From positions 1 to 29,234 of the forward strand of contig CBDBCE010000002.1 of assembly GCA_965203315.1 (NCBI GenBank): a stretch of 29,234 nucleotides of DNA. Direction: 5' to 3'. The notes under the pieces were generated by a model. That model saw only the letters and a program-made list of their open reading frames with translations. It was not told where the DNA came from and did no database searches. Origin of the DNA: Nitrosopumilus sp. GTDB taxonomy: Archaea; Thermoproteota; Nitrososphaeria; Nitrososphaerales; Nitrosopumilaceae. The translations under genes and the position numbers were made by a program. This document shows, in pieces, positions 1 to 13,986 of the stretch (position 1 is its first letter; each line of letters opens with the position of its first letter).

Positions 1-2509
1 GTGAGTTGATATTTGACGTACTTTTGATTTTCAATGCGGCTTTTTCTGCTCTGGCCCTCTGATGTTCTTGTTTCTCTCTGTCCTTTTTTTCTTGATTTCT
101 CTTTTTGTCTTGAAGTTTCTGAAGATTTTCTCGGCTTGTTAGAACTGATCCAGCAGATGGTGTCTTTTTTGAATTCACTTTGTTCGTTGAAGGTCTTTTC
201 AAAAACTTACTAATTGATGTACTATGTCGCTGAGGAACTGGTGGATGATTATAGGTGGAATTGGGAGAAATCAAGTCCAGCTCAGGTTTTAAAGAGGGTC
301 GTGGGCTGACAAATGAATCAGTGACACTGTCTTGATTGTTGCTAAGTGTGATGCCACTACACTTGGTTGTAGAAAGAGCCTGCTTGGATGGACAGGCTGG
401 GCTGTAGTGTGGAGTGTAATTTATCCACCAATCATCTGTGCCTGTGGTGTTTATAGGGGTTGGACTGAGATGTACCATGGTGCTGTTTGATCCTGTTGGA
501 AAAGTATATATAGTGTAATATGCATTATACGTATTATAATAACATCATACACACATGTACACGCTTTACAGCAGCTGTGGACTATAATAATATTATGCAC
601 CTTCATCATATACTGCATTGACTGTGTCTTACCATTATCCTTCTTTCTTGATTTCACCTTAGATGGCACTTTTCTTCTACTTCTGTCTACCTTCAGTGTT
701 TCAGCTAGGAGCATATACAAATTAACCCTATGTACATGGCCATGTTAGATTTTGAAGACTTAAGAACTAATGCTTACCTTGGGCTGCTTCTTCTTGGTTC
801 ATACTCAATTTCGATTGGTGATAATTTTCTGAATCAATGGATTTTCCTTTCTTTGACTCCAGCTTAGCTTGTTGCTTCTCCATTCTAGCCTTTTGCCTTT
901 TCATTTTTTCCCTTTCCTTTGCAACCTTCATCTCTTCCTTCTTTTGAAGCATTTTCAAATTCTCATGGCTTGTAAGTACCTTTCCCGCACACTTTGAACT
1001 TTTCATCAATAATTGTTGATCATTGCTGGCAAGATTTGGTGTAGGCCCCAAAATCTCGCTGATTGTGGTCCTGTAGCGATAACTAACAGTAGACGTAGGA
1101 TTTAGGGCCTGGCTTTCTTCCTCTGCATGGTGAAAGCTGTGAGCATCTTCATTTTCCACAGCAGGCCAAACTTCTTCATGCTGTATCTTGGTTGTTGCTT
1201 TGGGAGGATCCCCTTGGTCTCTGCAAGCTGGTGGTGAAGAAAACAAAGGAATGTAGGACAATCCTGTTCTCTCTGCTAGAGATGACGAATCATGCAAACG
1301 TGAATCTTTCAGGAGGATGCTAGGATCTAGAGGGTAGATGCCCGTGACCTTGAATCCGGCAATGATGTTTTCCATTTTCATGGCCTTGTACCATGCCTGC
1401 GAAAATACGCTGGAGAATTCAAGGCGGTTCACTACTTTCCCTGGATTCCTTGTAAGAAAGTGATGGCATTCTTCCTTCCAAGCTGTTTTCAGTGGTGCAA
1501 AGCAGGCCCTGTCTAAAGGTTGAGTCAGGTGCGTTGTATTTGGTGGTAAAGCAAATAAGATGACCTTATTCTTTGCAGCTAGACGTATGGTCTCAGGACA
1601 ATAGTGAGACGCATGACCATCCAGTAGTAGGATAATTGGGCGCTTTGGTGGAATGTACTGGAGGAAATGATTGGAAAACCAGGATTGAAAAAGCTCCTGA
1701 TTCATCCAACCATTTGCAGACAATCCATAGAGTGTACCCGGAACTTCTCCTTGTGTACATGCTGGATTTAGGGACTTACGATCCATCAAAACAAATGGTG
1801 GTAGAGCTATACCTGTAGCGCATGTGCAAGCTAGAACTGATATTTGGGATTTATCACCACCAGTTATGTGGGAAGCATGTTTTGTACCTTTGCCCATAAT
1901 CACCTTTTGAATTGGTGGATTCAGGGGTAACCCTGTTTCGTCACAGTTGTAGAATTGATCTGGTCCCTCAATACCATTCTCTTTCAAACAGGTCTCCAGC
2001 ATCGTGAAATATCTTCTTATGGTATCTGGGTCTGATGCCATTGCTCTTGTACGCGAGAGTTGAACAGCATTCCTCAGTGTAAGCTGTGGGTAACGCTTCT
2101 GAAATCTATCCATCCATCCATTGCTGACAATTATTGTACTTCCCTTGCTGTCGAGGATGTTCTGCACAATTGCTAGAACATCTTTCCTTGTTTTAGGGAA
2201 CCCAAGTGAAGCACATTTTAGAATAAAGGCAACCAATTCATGTTCCTCCTCCACGGTTAGATAGGCACCCCCAGATCTCCCAGATCCTACCTTCAATTTG
2301 CCAGCAGTGTAATCGGAAAGGGTAGAGCGAGGCACATTATACATGATGGCTGTTGCCCGGATGGATTCACCTTTTCCCACAGCTTCAATTGCTTTCTTCA
2401 TGCTGTCTTCATTCCACTGTTTATATGTTTCTCTAATATTGCTGACACACCTTAGTGGTTCCCTTCTTGAAGACACTATTCGTTGCTTCAGTGGTGCATG
2501 ATGGTACAT
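1..2509 (-). CDS. pogo-family transposase: HTH_psq + CENP-B-type HTH + DDE_1 (DD35D), with spliced C-terminal extension running off the window
   Basis: ORF 767-2509: QWNEDSMKKAIEAV...IRATAIMYNVPRSTLSDY (psq HTH); LTVEEEHELVAFI...SNGWMDRFQKRYP (CENP-B HTH); YNCDETG, LLLDGHASH and QPLDRACF, with 35 residues between the 2nd and 3rd D. GT-AG phase-1 introns join exons 2509-779, 704-633 and 492-1 in an open frame. Confidence 0.93.
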
Positions 2510-3358
2510 CTGTATTATAAGTAAAAATTATAATTGGGTGATTTACATTTATCTTCTCCTTTTATTAGGTTCAAAGTGCGGAAAAGGTTCAAGAAAAGAG
2601 CAATATGGCAATAATATTATCTATTAATTAGAGTCTGTCTGATTGGTTTTATTTTGATTTAAGAATCACCTACCTTTTATCCAATGGATGTACCTTGAAA
2701 ATCTTGCCTTGAAGAATAAATCGACGTCCTGTGCCCTTAGAATACGTAGTCAATAAGACGATTGCTTTGCGATTTTCGAATCAAGCAATTATGCCGCTTC
2801 ACTTCACGTGACACGTATTAGCTAGCACGTGCGTGCACTGAAGAAACCGCTCATGCGGGGAGAAATAAACTAAGTCATGGTTGATTCTGTGTGGCAGTTG
2901 ACTGATCACACGAACGTACGTCCAAACGGCCGAGTCGCTGCAGTTTGTCCGAATTTTGATAACTTAGTGCGTGTCCGAATTTTGATGTTCTTCAAGAGAC
3001 AGGAAACACGCGATGTGTTCTCAGCGCATGAAGAGCGCTTTTGCACGAATCTTTGGTATGTCAGAACTGAAGTATGTACCTAATATCTAAACGTATCCTA
3101 GCTAGTTTCCTTGGCAAACCAAAAAATTGCGAACAAATGTCCGAATTTTGATGAAAGTGACCGAATTATTGAGAATTCGGACACCGTCTAAAATCGGTGA
3201 TAGCTCTGTGGTACTTTGACGGACGCAGGTCGTGTCACGTCAGCAAACAAAGCTTTTGAAGAGCTATCATTTGGTATCAACTTTATTGATGTGCACCAGG
3301 CGGTTGTCGAGAAATGCGTGTCCGAATTCTGATGTGTCCGAATTATGATGTTTTACTC
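1..3358 (-). mobile_element. pogo/Fot1-like (Tc1/mariner superfamily) DNA transposon; only its 5' end is in the window
   Basis: Contains a DDE_1 transposase. Subterminal repeats GTCCGAATT(T/C/A)TGAT at ~2947, 2973, 3139, 3320 and 3335, plus an inverted copy at ~3174. Ends ...GATGTTTTACTC|TA at 3358/3359-3360, where the TA is the TA of the minisatellite unit (cttTAcaaag). The other end lies left of the window, so the TIR pair cannot be confirmed. Confidence 0.75.
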
Positions 3359-3360
3359 TA

Positions 3361-4332
3361 CAAAGTTGCATGCGCTTACAAAGTCGCATAGGCTTATAAA
3401 GTTGCCTGCGCTTACAAAGTTGCCTACGCTTACAAAGTTGCCTACGTTTACAAAGTTGCATACGCTTACAAAGTTGCATACGCTTACAAAGTTGCATAGG
3501 CTTGCAAAGTTGCCTGCGCTTACAAAGTTGCCTAGGCTTACAAAGTTACATATGCTTACAAAGTTGCCTAGGCTTACAAAGTTGCATGCGCTTACAAAGT
3601 TGCATAGGCTTACCAAGTTACCTACGCTTACAAAGTTGCCTGCGCTTACAAAGTCGCATACGCTTTCAAAGTTACCTACGCTTACAAAGTTGCCTACGCT
3701 TACAAAGTTGCATACGCTTACAAAGTTGCATAGGTTTACCAAGTTACCTACGCTTACAAAGTTGCCTGCGCTTACAAAGTCGCATACGCTTTCAAAGTTA
3801 CCTACGCTTACAAAGTTGCATACGCTTACAAAGTTGCATAGGCTTACCAAGTTACCTACGCTTACAAAGTTGCCTACGCTTACAAAGTTGCCTACGTTTA
3901 CAAAGTTGCATACGCTTTAAGTTGCATACGCTTACAAAGTTGCATAGGCTTGCAAAGTTGCCTGCGCTTACAAAGTCGCATACGCTTACAAAGTTACCTA
4001 CGCTTACAAAGTTGCATGTGCTTACAAAGTTGCATACGCTTACAAAGTTGCCTACGCTTAAAAAGTTACCTACGCTTACAAAGTTGCATACGCTTACAAA
4101 GTTGCATGCGCTTACAAAGTTACCTACGCTTACAAAGTTGCATACGCTTACAAAGTTGCATAAGCTTACGAAGTTACCTACGCTTACAAAGTTGCCTACG
4201 CTTACAAAGTTGCCTGCGCTTACAAAGTTACCTGCACTTTCAAAGTTACCTACGCTTACAAAGTTGCCTAGGCTAACAAAGTTGCATAGGCTTATAAAGT
4301 TGCCTGCGCTTACAAAGTTGCCTACGCTTACA
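3361..4332 (+). repeat. 18-bp minisatellite, ~54 units, consensus GCTTACAAAGTTGCATAC
   Basis: Directly visible. Variation is mostly confined to a few positions of the unit. It accounts for all the LTKLHT/LQSCIR/VSVCNF ORFs. Confidence 0.98.
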
Positions 4333-7300
4333 GCAATAACCAATGTGCTTCCGGAATAATTTTCTTGCTCTTGACGGATCTTCTGTCCTGTAATGTCCCT
4401 AGTATAGGCATAGGTCTCAAATTGATTAATATCAGATATGCTCAATGATTCTGTTGTATTGTGTTGGCATACATCGATCAGAGGAGCATTGTAGTAGTGG
4501 TTTGAGATGCCAGACATTCAGGGCAATAGAATATTATAATAATAACATGCAAAACATACCTGAACGAACCAAACATCACGGTGGTGGAAGTACTAGGCAC
4601 ATTTACTCCATCAATTGCTGATTGGCAGTATGCAATGAATGATGACGGAAGGCTAGTGCCATCAAACTTTAACTTTAAGAACTCTCGTAATCTATTTTCC
4701 TGTGTGTGGATTGGAAATGTGTGGGTAGCTTCTTCCCATGATTCACATTTTACTGTTCTCATGAAAGCCCTTTTGGTCTTTTCTAAGGCTCGATAGTCTT
4801 CTGCAGCAGTTTTAACTTCATTGACCCTGTGGCTACCTGAAATGTGTCAACATGCAGGTATTGGTAGATGTTGGATTTAATTTTCTGTAGCTTATATGTA
4901 CAATGTGTGTCTTACCATCAAGAACAGATTGGAGCACCTCAAGTTGAAACCCGCTGGGTAGATTGCAGAGAGGGGCAAACATATGGGCTTTGACCTCTGG
5001 TCTCTTGCCTTCCTTCAGTTTGGCTGTGCTAATCTTTGGCCCTATAATGAAAATCCATTTCAGTTTTAATAGATTTAAGTAATAGTTGTGATTTAATTGA
5101 AAAAATACATACGTACGTACAATTGTGGAGAGATGATACACTAAGTAAATATAAATTGAAAAATAATTATTATTGCCTATTTTAATTTTCAAACGAACCA
5201 CGTAAATTGATTTGGCTAATCACTACAAGCTGATCATACAGTCACAAATTAGAACTCTTCAAATTACTTTTAACCTCTAAGGTATGATATGTATTAGACG
5301 TCATATCCTGTTGTACAGCAGCACTTAACTTGGGAATGAATAGGAGTATAATATCCAAATGTACTAACAAATATTGTGAGTACATTTTGAAAATGGTATG
5401 GTATGTTGTATACATTGAAACCTAATCGTTTAAACAAGGCATATTTCCAGCAAGGTGTATTCTGAGTAATCACTACTGTTACAGTAGTGCAATATGTAAA
5501 ATATTATTGTATCATATTAGGTGCAAATGTATTAATAACATCACCTTTGTAAGTCCTTCTCCATATGCCTCCATCACTTCTCTTGTCAATCTCCACACTT
5601 CTGTAGGCATGCTAGCCACATTCAATATGTTTCATTTGTTTGTAGATGACATAGTCAAGCAAGCAAATTAGGATAATATTAATGGTGTTTACATATGTAC
5701 GACATTGTGTAATTTTGACTTGTTAGTTTTTGATATTGTCATTTACTTTAGGAAGGATGTATTCCCCGCATTCATCTCGCCACTGTGTTGTTCCTTGAGG
5801 GGTTTTATGTGTGGATTCCAAGTCACCCATTTTGTTTGCAACTCTGAACAACTGAATCCGACAAGCATGGATCTATGGCAATAGATTTCAAGAGGAGTGA
5901 TCTGACTGAACAGTACTAATGCTAAGTGAGTATATTCTACTACAAGCAGTATGTGTACTTACATAGTCCCTGTGAGTGACCTCATGTGACAGATGACTAT
6001 TGATGTTATGTCGTTTTGCCAGATGTAAAGCTTCATCATCTGTCAGGCCAGCATAAACACTTGCTTTCACATTTGCGAAGGTGTGATTTACACTCGTCAG
6101 CTGTTGTCTTGCTGTTACAGAGTGTAAACCACCAATGACTTCATATTTGTACTGGTCCTTGAATCTCTCCTGTAGTATGTAATTTAGTAAAGTTCAGTTA
6201 TTACTATTGCAGCTGATACATACATAACTTCCTATTTTGATTAGTAATTTACCGACCAAACCTTTGTGCACACCTCCACTGCTAAGTGCATTAATATATA
6301 GTATCTTAGTAGAGGTCATTGTAAACATACATATTTATGTACCCAATATTGTGTGTGACATCTACTGGGTTAGTATAATTTATAGAACCCTGATTATGAT
6401 ACGTACTTCAGAGGTACGTATGACATGCACATTTGAGCGGTAACAAAAATGGCAGCCGAGATTGAAATGAATTTCTAACCCAACTTCAAGTGAAACAATA
6501 GAAACTGTCTTTTACATGCTTTATTTGATATCAAGATGATCTTTTTGTATATTATTTTTTAAAATTTTGCAGGATAAATTTGTTGTTCACCTCCACCTAT
6601 AAAAAGTTTACTATAACATTGAAAGGCTGATTTTAGATGTAGGTTAAAAGTGTACGAAGGAAATTGGTCACTACAGAAATCAGATCCCTCAGTACAGGTC
6701 ACATCAATGTCACTAGAAAGATATATTACAGTTTTATGTAAAATGTATTATCACCAGCAGACGTCATACATCAAAGAGACCACTCTGGGGAGTAAAAATC
6801 CTTTAGGTAGTGAGTTGGCTAAGCGCCCAGTTTATAATAACAAATCCTTTTAAGGGAGAGTTTATAATAACCATCCCATTTTAAGGTAGAGTTTATAATA
6901 ACAATCCCCTTTTAAGGAGGAGTAATCAATAATTTATGAACATAACAATGAATAACTTAAGAGCAAGAGCGATATTCCTAGACATCTTAGAAATCAGAAT
7001 CTTCGTAAATGTTATACACAGTGACAGTAAATGTTATACACCCGTACCAATGCCTGTAGGCGCATTCGTTTTCTAACCATAGGTTTTTAGAAAAATGTCC
7101 ATACTTGCAGCCATATGTTTCTTGCAAAACACCTGTACTTGTAGCCATACGTTTCTAGGGAAAACCCCATACTTACAACCCTACAAGTACATACGCAAGA
7201 CAGTAACTGTCGAAACTGATCACTTTAAGCAAGAAGAGAACGTGAATTTAAAAGTCAAATGCTTACATTATAGCTACATGTGCAAATCCTTAGAAGAAAA

Positions 7301-9325
7301 CAGCAGATTCGAATGTTGAATAAGACCTGTACATTGTCTATAAACTATGCCTGTCTATAATCTATGCCTATTTCTATAGCTGTACATTTCCACGAAAACC
7401 CATGTATTCGTATTTGTATGTTATCATAAAAAGTCCTGTATCTGTATTGGTACGTTTTTACAAGAACGCCTGTATCTGTATCCGTATTCGATCCATACGT
7501 AGAACTGTAGGACGCCTGTAAAACGTCCACCTTTTTGCACCATATGCCGTATAATGTTCTGACTTAATACCAACTTACTGTATATTACGATAAATGATGG
7601 AAGAAAGTGAATGTTAGTATGTGTGTTCTGCAGCTATATTTACTGATCAAATGCACATACAGATATGTGTTTTTGTAGCAACATCTAGAAAAAAACAGAC
7701 ATACGTATTTCAGGGAAGGTACATAATTCCAAATTTGCTATAGCATGTGCTTATTAGGCTCACTGTTTTGTCATATTATATTTAATATAATATGATGTAC
7801 ATACCCACATACGTATGTCTGGTGTAATACATTTAATACCTCAAAATCTTCGGTACTTCTGACGTCTGCACACAGTAGAGCTACAGATGGTATACCAGGT
7901 CCGTAAGGATCAGCTTTCATATTTTTCTTCAGAATTTCTAAAAATATCTCATCTATTCCTTGAAACAGCCGCTCTTTTGGAGGTTCCAAACACTGGTTTA
8001 CTGGCACTGTCATATCACCTGAAAATAAACAACAATTCTTGACAGATTACTTTGTTAATCTTGTGGTTTATCTACCAACCAATTTTTTTTCGGTCAATTC
8101 GGCTATCCAAATCCGTGGATAACTGCTTTGATGATGATTGTTTGCTTTTCTTAGATGGATTCCCAGAGTGATTCATTGAAGCACTTCGCTTACCTATACT
8201 GACAAGCAGTTCACCTGAGCTGGTACTTATTGGAAGACTATCATCATCTAAAGTTGAGTTGATACATATATATTTCTGTTATTACAAATTGTGTTATGTA
8301 AATTTCGGTTGAACTAAAGCTTTAATATTATGTCATGACTAGTGGATATTAGCACATGCTCACCACTGTCCCCATCAGAATCACTAAGTTCATTGCTTCG
8401 AAAGTCAGTCACTGTGGTCATTGTCTTCACAAAATCTCGTCCTGTTACACATTTTTGGAATTGCTTGGAAAAAGGATTTCTGTTGTGGACGAAATAGTCC
8501 ACACTTAGAAGTTTACGTCCTTCATCACAGACAAACTACAGGGAAATATTGAATGTACGTTTAGTAATATTCTTAAGTTCTATATTTGTTTATTTCGTCA
8601 ATGAGATTATTAATATGATCCACTAATTCACAATGCACATAATACAGTCTGGTACTAGATGTTTGTGTTTAATTTTCATAGTAAATGCAGAATGTTACAT
8701 ATCAGTGTGTAATTGTGTTTTTTCCAGATTGGGAGGATCAAACATTTCAATAGAGTGATGTAACTATGAATGCTAGGGAATGACACTACCGAACATTTTG
8801 ACACTTTACTCTCTTACACTAATAGCACTTTTCATAATTATTATTATTATTATTATTACAATGAAGTTTATTTTATTATTACTTTAAAATTACCAATTGT
8901 ATCCTTATTATTATTATTATTGTATCACTCAAAATCATTGTGTGACTTTACCTACATGGACTATGTATAATTAAAGGCCCTCAATATCAACTCGTACAAT
9001 GGGATATGTACATTGCATTATAAATAAAATGCAATATTATATATACGCTCTAAACAATATGTAACCGGATATATATTACTTACTATAATAATATTACGTA
9101 TACTAAGTCTTTAATTACCTCCAGAACAGTCTCCTTTGCTACTTTGAACTTCCGAAGTTTCTGCTGTACTACGTCGTCGGAACTAATTACCGCTAATTTG
9201 ATATCGCTGACATATCCAAGGTCGCCGCCGTCTTGCCTCTTCATCATTTGGCCTTCTACGTCATCCATCAAAGCAATTCTGCCAATATTGCGGTCGTTAA
9301 AAAGGTACCATCGTTTTGAAGGCAT
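4333..9325 (-). pseudogene. multi-exon gene for a ParB/Srx-like N-terminal-domain protein; damaged and apparently 3'-truncated at the minisatellite
   Basis: In-phase GT-AG exons 9325-9119, 8535-8364, ~8247-8080, 8018-7840, 6169-5963, ~5872-5747, ~5655-5545, ~5040-4916, ~4836-4560 and ~4452-4333. Core reads LEILKKNMKADPYGPGIPSVALLC...YKYEVIGGLHSVTARQQL...VKASVYAGLTDDEALHLAKRHNI, matching the ParB pattern Y-x-I-I-x-G-x-x-x-x-x-A...V...L-x-D-x-E-A-x-x-L-A-x-x-x-N. In-frame TGA at 5632-5634 and phase mismatches in the 3' exons. Confidence 0.65.
6829..6922 (+). repeat. 3 copies of a ~30-31-bp tandem unit (AGTTTATAATAACAAATCCTTTTAAGGGAG-like), intronic
   Basis: Seen directly. Confidence 0.8.
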
Positions 9326-9472
9326 ATTTCCCCTCCTCTGCTATTTCAGTCTGCTTTAAACGCGCGCACAATAAACGGCCGGCGCCGTTGGCGAGCTAAC
9401 TCAGCTGGTAGTATTTCGTCCAATGATATACGTACGTACGTACTTCATCGTGAGCAACTACAAATTCTTAGG
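9326..9472. promoter_or_regulatory. putative bidirectional promoter
   Basis: 147 bp between divergent ATGs (9325 minus, 9473 plus), with a CpG-rich core CGCGCGCAC...GGCCGGCGCCG in AT-rich surroundings. Confidence 0.5.
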
Positions 9473-10868
9473 ATGGCTTTGCAGTTAGACATTGATATTT
9501 CGTTCGAAAGCGATAGCGAGTTCGAATATGTAGTTGATTCGTCACCTCCTGCGAAGAAGAGGAAAGAGGCCATATTATTGCCGGAAGCAGGTATGTATTA
9601 TATGCATCCGTATTGCATGCGATACGAAACTGTCAAGTTTTGAACCATAACATTATTACTTTGAGTATAAAAAGTCTTACAATGTAAAATAATAACACAG
9701 TAGTTGTTATAAAAGAAATTATACCTTTCTTGTTCGTATAAATGTTAATTTTATTAAATAATGGAGTTCAAAAATGTCCAGAAATTTGCCTTAATTCACG
9801 AACCCTGTACATGTGCTACAAAATTAGAAAGAAAAAAGTATAATAATTTAGGTAGAAGAGAATATAACCACACACATGTCCATGGTGTACTGTGAAATGT
9901 CACTTAGTCGAGTGAACATGCTTGTACATGGAATTTCAAAGAACACATCAGTCCTTAGTAACTGCATAAGAACACACACACATCCCAGCTCCCTAAACAT
10001 GCATACATACATAACATACACATACAAACACCTCCTCCCACTTACATTTGTACATAAGTACATAGGAAGCCATTATATGCACCTCGAAGCGACAAGACAT
10101 GAATCCTGTGTTCTTATATTATCATATAACTAGATAGTATACAACTACCGGTGTACATGTAAAATGTGTACATGTAAAATTACATTATGAAGAATATATA
10201 CAGCATTACAGTATTATATCCCAAACTGCCTACTGGGTAATTCAGAAGATGAAGAAGATCAACGTGCAGTAATGCCTGCGAAAAGGTCTGTACACCAGCA
10301 CCAACAATTCCTACTGAACATATTGGTATCATCACAGCCAGATAACCATGGACACAATCCAAACAAGTGTTTACGTATGTATATGTGGACACATTTGCGC
10401 AAACTGTAAACCTACATAATTATACATAATTAAAGACAGTACAATTACAATACAGTGGTAGTAGATATAATTTGCAATGTGTTAGACAAAAAAATTAATG
10501 CAGTTTAGAGTTGAAGATGCATGTGTCTTCCACCGGTGGATTTCTTTATTACTCGTGAACCTGCAGAAAGAGGAGGGGTGTTGAAGAACTGACAATAATA
10601 ATATGAATAAGCATAAAATTTAATATCTACATTCAGTTCCGTCCAGTATTATATTTTTGTACTTTTAGGCCATTGCTGCACTAATAACTGTCTGGCAAAG
10701 TTTACAGAAGAGGAGAAATCAACGTGCTGGGATATACACAGGAGTAAGACAGTACAGCAACAAAGACAGTTCATACTGGACCTTTTGGTAGCCTCAGGGC
10801 CACATGATGCTCGAAACCTTGAGGCTAGTACACAGTGTGCTAGTGTGCTAGACAAAGTGTACTTACGT

Positions 10869-11125
<257 letters not shown>

Positions 11126-13411
11126 GACTACATAACATCACTAAAATAGTGCACAATACTTTTTACAGACAATAGTCCAAGGAAAACACTTGTGTGATTC
11201 TGGTATGGCTGCAATATTACATACTACACGTCGCCGCATCAAACGCATAAGAGACCTATACAAAGCTGGAGTGACTACCATTACTACAATAAAGCCAACT
11301 GGTAGAAAGACATCAGAGAGGTACAGATGTATGTATGCATTCGAATAGGGATTTTGGACTGCGAGTATGTATGCATGCATTCATTCTTATGAACATGTAC
11401 TTACATATCCATCCATAGAGTTGAAATGGCAATAGCTTGGATGAGAAAGTGGTTTGAGCTCTATGGAGACAAAATGCCCGATAACAAAATGATACATCTT
11501 CCTCATTTCTTGTCTCGGGAGGCTGTGCATAAAGAGCTTGTGGAAGACTACAGAAGCAAGGGACTGGAATCACATGACATCATTTCGCTGTCTAGATTTT
11601 ACATGGTGTGGACTAAAAATTTTCCCCATGTTACCATTCCTCGTGTAAGTATGCATCCACAGATATATATTCCATACCATGATGCAACTAGGGAGCATAT
11701 TTAATGGATAGTGCATACGTAACATGAATATAATTAGGCACATGAATGGATATGGCAGCCTAACACAATAGCAGTCTGGCACACCCATGAGCATAGCTCT
11801 TAAACATTCACATGCACTTCGGTATGCTTTTCAGGGTCAGTAGTCACTCTTTTAATTGTTAAAAATGCTAACCAAACAATACTAACATACTGTACAGCAG
11901 TTAAAGTTTGCACTTATTTTTAGCCTATCTGGCCTACTAATGTAGCTGGTCCTGATGAATATCATACATGTACATTGCTTACTAGGCTGAACAAATATAC
12001 TTGATGTACTTGCTGCATGTCCTACTATCTACCAGACTAACAGGTTTGCCAAGTGTGACACGTGTGTGCTGTACAAAAATGAAAAACAAAAACTGAGTGG
12101 AAACAAAGAAAGACTTGCACGTTTGGATCAAACTTACAAGAACCATTTGGAAGCAATTAGGTATATGTCTTCATACATGTACATGTACCTGGGCTACTAC
12201 ATGTATTGAGGCTGTAGAAAAGTACGTAGTTGCCGAAATTTAGAGAAAACATGCACAGGAAGCTGGTACATCAAAAGTGACCCACCTCCAAAGAAAGCAA
12301 ATCTACAAATAAAACCTTGCACATTTACATCATAGACACAGTAAATTACATGGAATTAAACATTACCGTACCAGAGATGCTATACTGTTTTATGTTTATG
12401 TATGTGCATGCACAAGTATTATTGTCCCTCAATTCCAAATGGGGGCAAGATTATGTTGGAAGAGGGAGGGGCAAGCTCCTTCCCCCCAAATGAGGCACTG
12501 CATATTTTAGATTTTCATTGATACACAACACACTAATGGCACATGGTGTGTATATCCTTTTACTCAACTATTTTTTTTCACTGGAAGGATTGAAAGAACA
12601 GTGTACCACAAACACATTCAAAAGTCAAGATCCAATTCTGAGAAGTACGTAACTATAGCAATTGATGGAATGGATCAGCAGAAGACTTCTGTGCCGTTTC
12701 TTCCACAAGAGAGCAAGTCTGCACAAGTAAGATGTGGAAATGTGAAGTAACAAACTCATCTAGGCATTGATTATCCTTTTTGATATTTCAGGGGTTATGG
12801 AGATTGAGGACACATATAACCGGTGTTATTGTCCACACTGGAGATTGTTATGGAAAAAAGGTGTATGCATTTGTGGACACGCTGCAGTGGCCCCATGATT
12901 CGAACTTAACCATTAATGTGTTGGAGGAGGTAATTGCCAAGCTTCATACCAAGAGCGGAATTCTCCCGGAAGTTCTCTACATGCAAATGGACAACTGTTA
13001 TAGAAAAAAACAAGAACAGGTACATCTTGGCGTACTGCGCCTTACTGGTAGAATTGAAAATCTTCAGAAAAGTAAGGACGCATTGTGTTTTCCGCATGCC
13101 TTATTTTTAAGTTATTTACATATGTTCCCAACATATGCAGATCAGAATTAACTTCTTGCAAGTAGGGCACACCCATGCCGATTGCGACCAGCTGTTCAGC
13201 AAAATCTCTCAACATATTCACAAACATGGTGTTGAAAGTTTGCAAGGTAGGTAGAAACTTTTTGTCCTTGAATCTCCAATACAGTGTTACATCTTGACAA
13301 CATACATACCTCTTAACAATCGAATCAGAAATATTAATATTTAAGAGCTAAACAATACAATAATATTAAATGACCTCTGCTATGAAGTACCTAATGCTCA
13401 TTGTAGCCATA

Positions 13412-13617
13412 CCATAGAGCGGAAAAAAATCGTGGCATAAAATTTCACGATTTCACGCTCGAACAAACATTTTCGTGGTATTAATTTTGCAATTTGCGTG
13501 CTGGTATTATGCATTCGTATTGCAATATTAACAAATTCGCGGGATAAACTTTTGCGAATTCGGTCAAATTGCAAAGAACGCGAAATATAAACCTTATGAA
13601 AATTTTCCGCTCTACGA
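13412..13617. mobile_element. ~206-bp Tc1/mariner-type MITE
   Basis: TA|CCATAGAGCGGAAAA ... TTTTCCGCTCTACGA|TA: 15-bp TIR with 2 mismatches and TA flanks, internal (T)TTCGCG/CGCGAA motifs. Confidence 0.75.
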
Positions 13618-13903
13618 TACACCTAGGAAAGACATAAATTACATACATACGTACTAACATCATCACTCAAAAAGTCTGTCTATATACATTTAAGAATCAA
13701 TAAAGTCTCCATCACCCCAAGAATAAACAAGTTTAGTTTCTGTACTGATAATTGTAACAATGGATAAGAGACCTCTCTTGCATAAAACACTGATTACCAT
13801 GAACCAGAAATAATTGGGACTATTAAGATGAGATTCCTGAATGCCTCATCCCTTAGATTTTGTCTCCTCTTCAATAAATTTCTAAAAGCAACACTAATGC
13901 AGG

Positions 13904-13986
<83 letters not shown>

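Noticed and set aside
4326-4350. Possible TIR pairing between the left junction (ACAGCAATAACCAATG) and the right junction at ~24105-24122
   Set aside because: Only the outer 5 and inner 4 bases match, and there is no target duplication.
3267-4517. Long repetitive ORFs (LTKLHT, LQSCIR, VSVCNF) resembling LRR or repeat proteins; the same at 24011-24702
   Set aside because: By-products of an 18-bp unit lacking stops in several frames; open on both strands, with frames broken by indels.
6400-7540. Probable MITE remnants in the long intron of the ParB-like gene (CCTGTA-rich segment 7040-7540); also a CAGTG-type end at ~12460-12500
   Set aside because: Could not identify paired TIRs or TSDs by eye.
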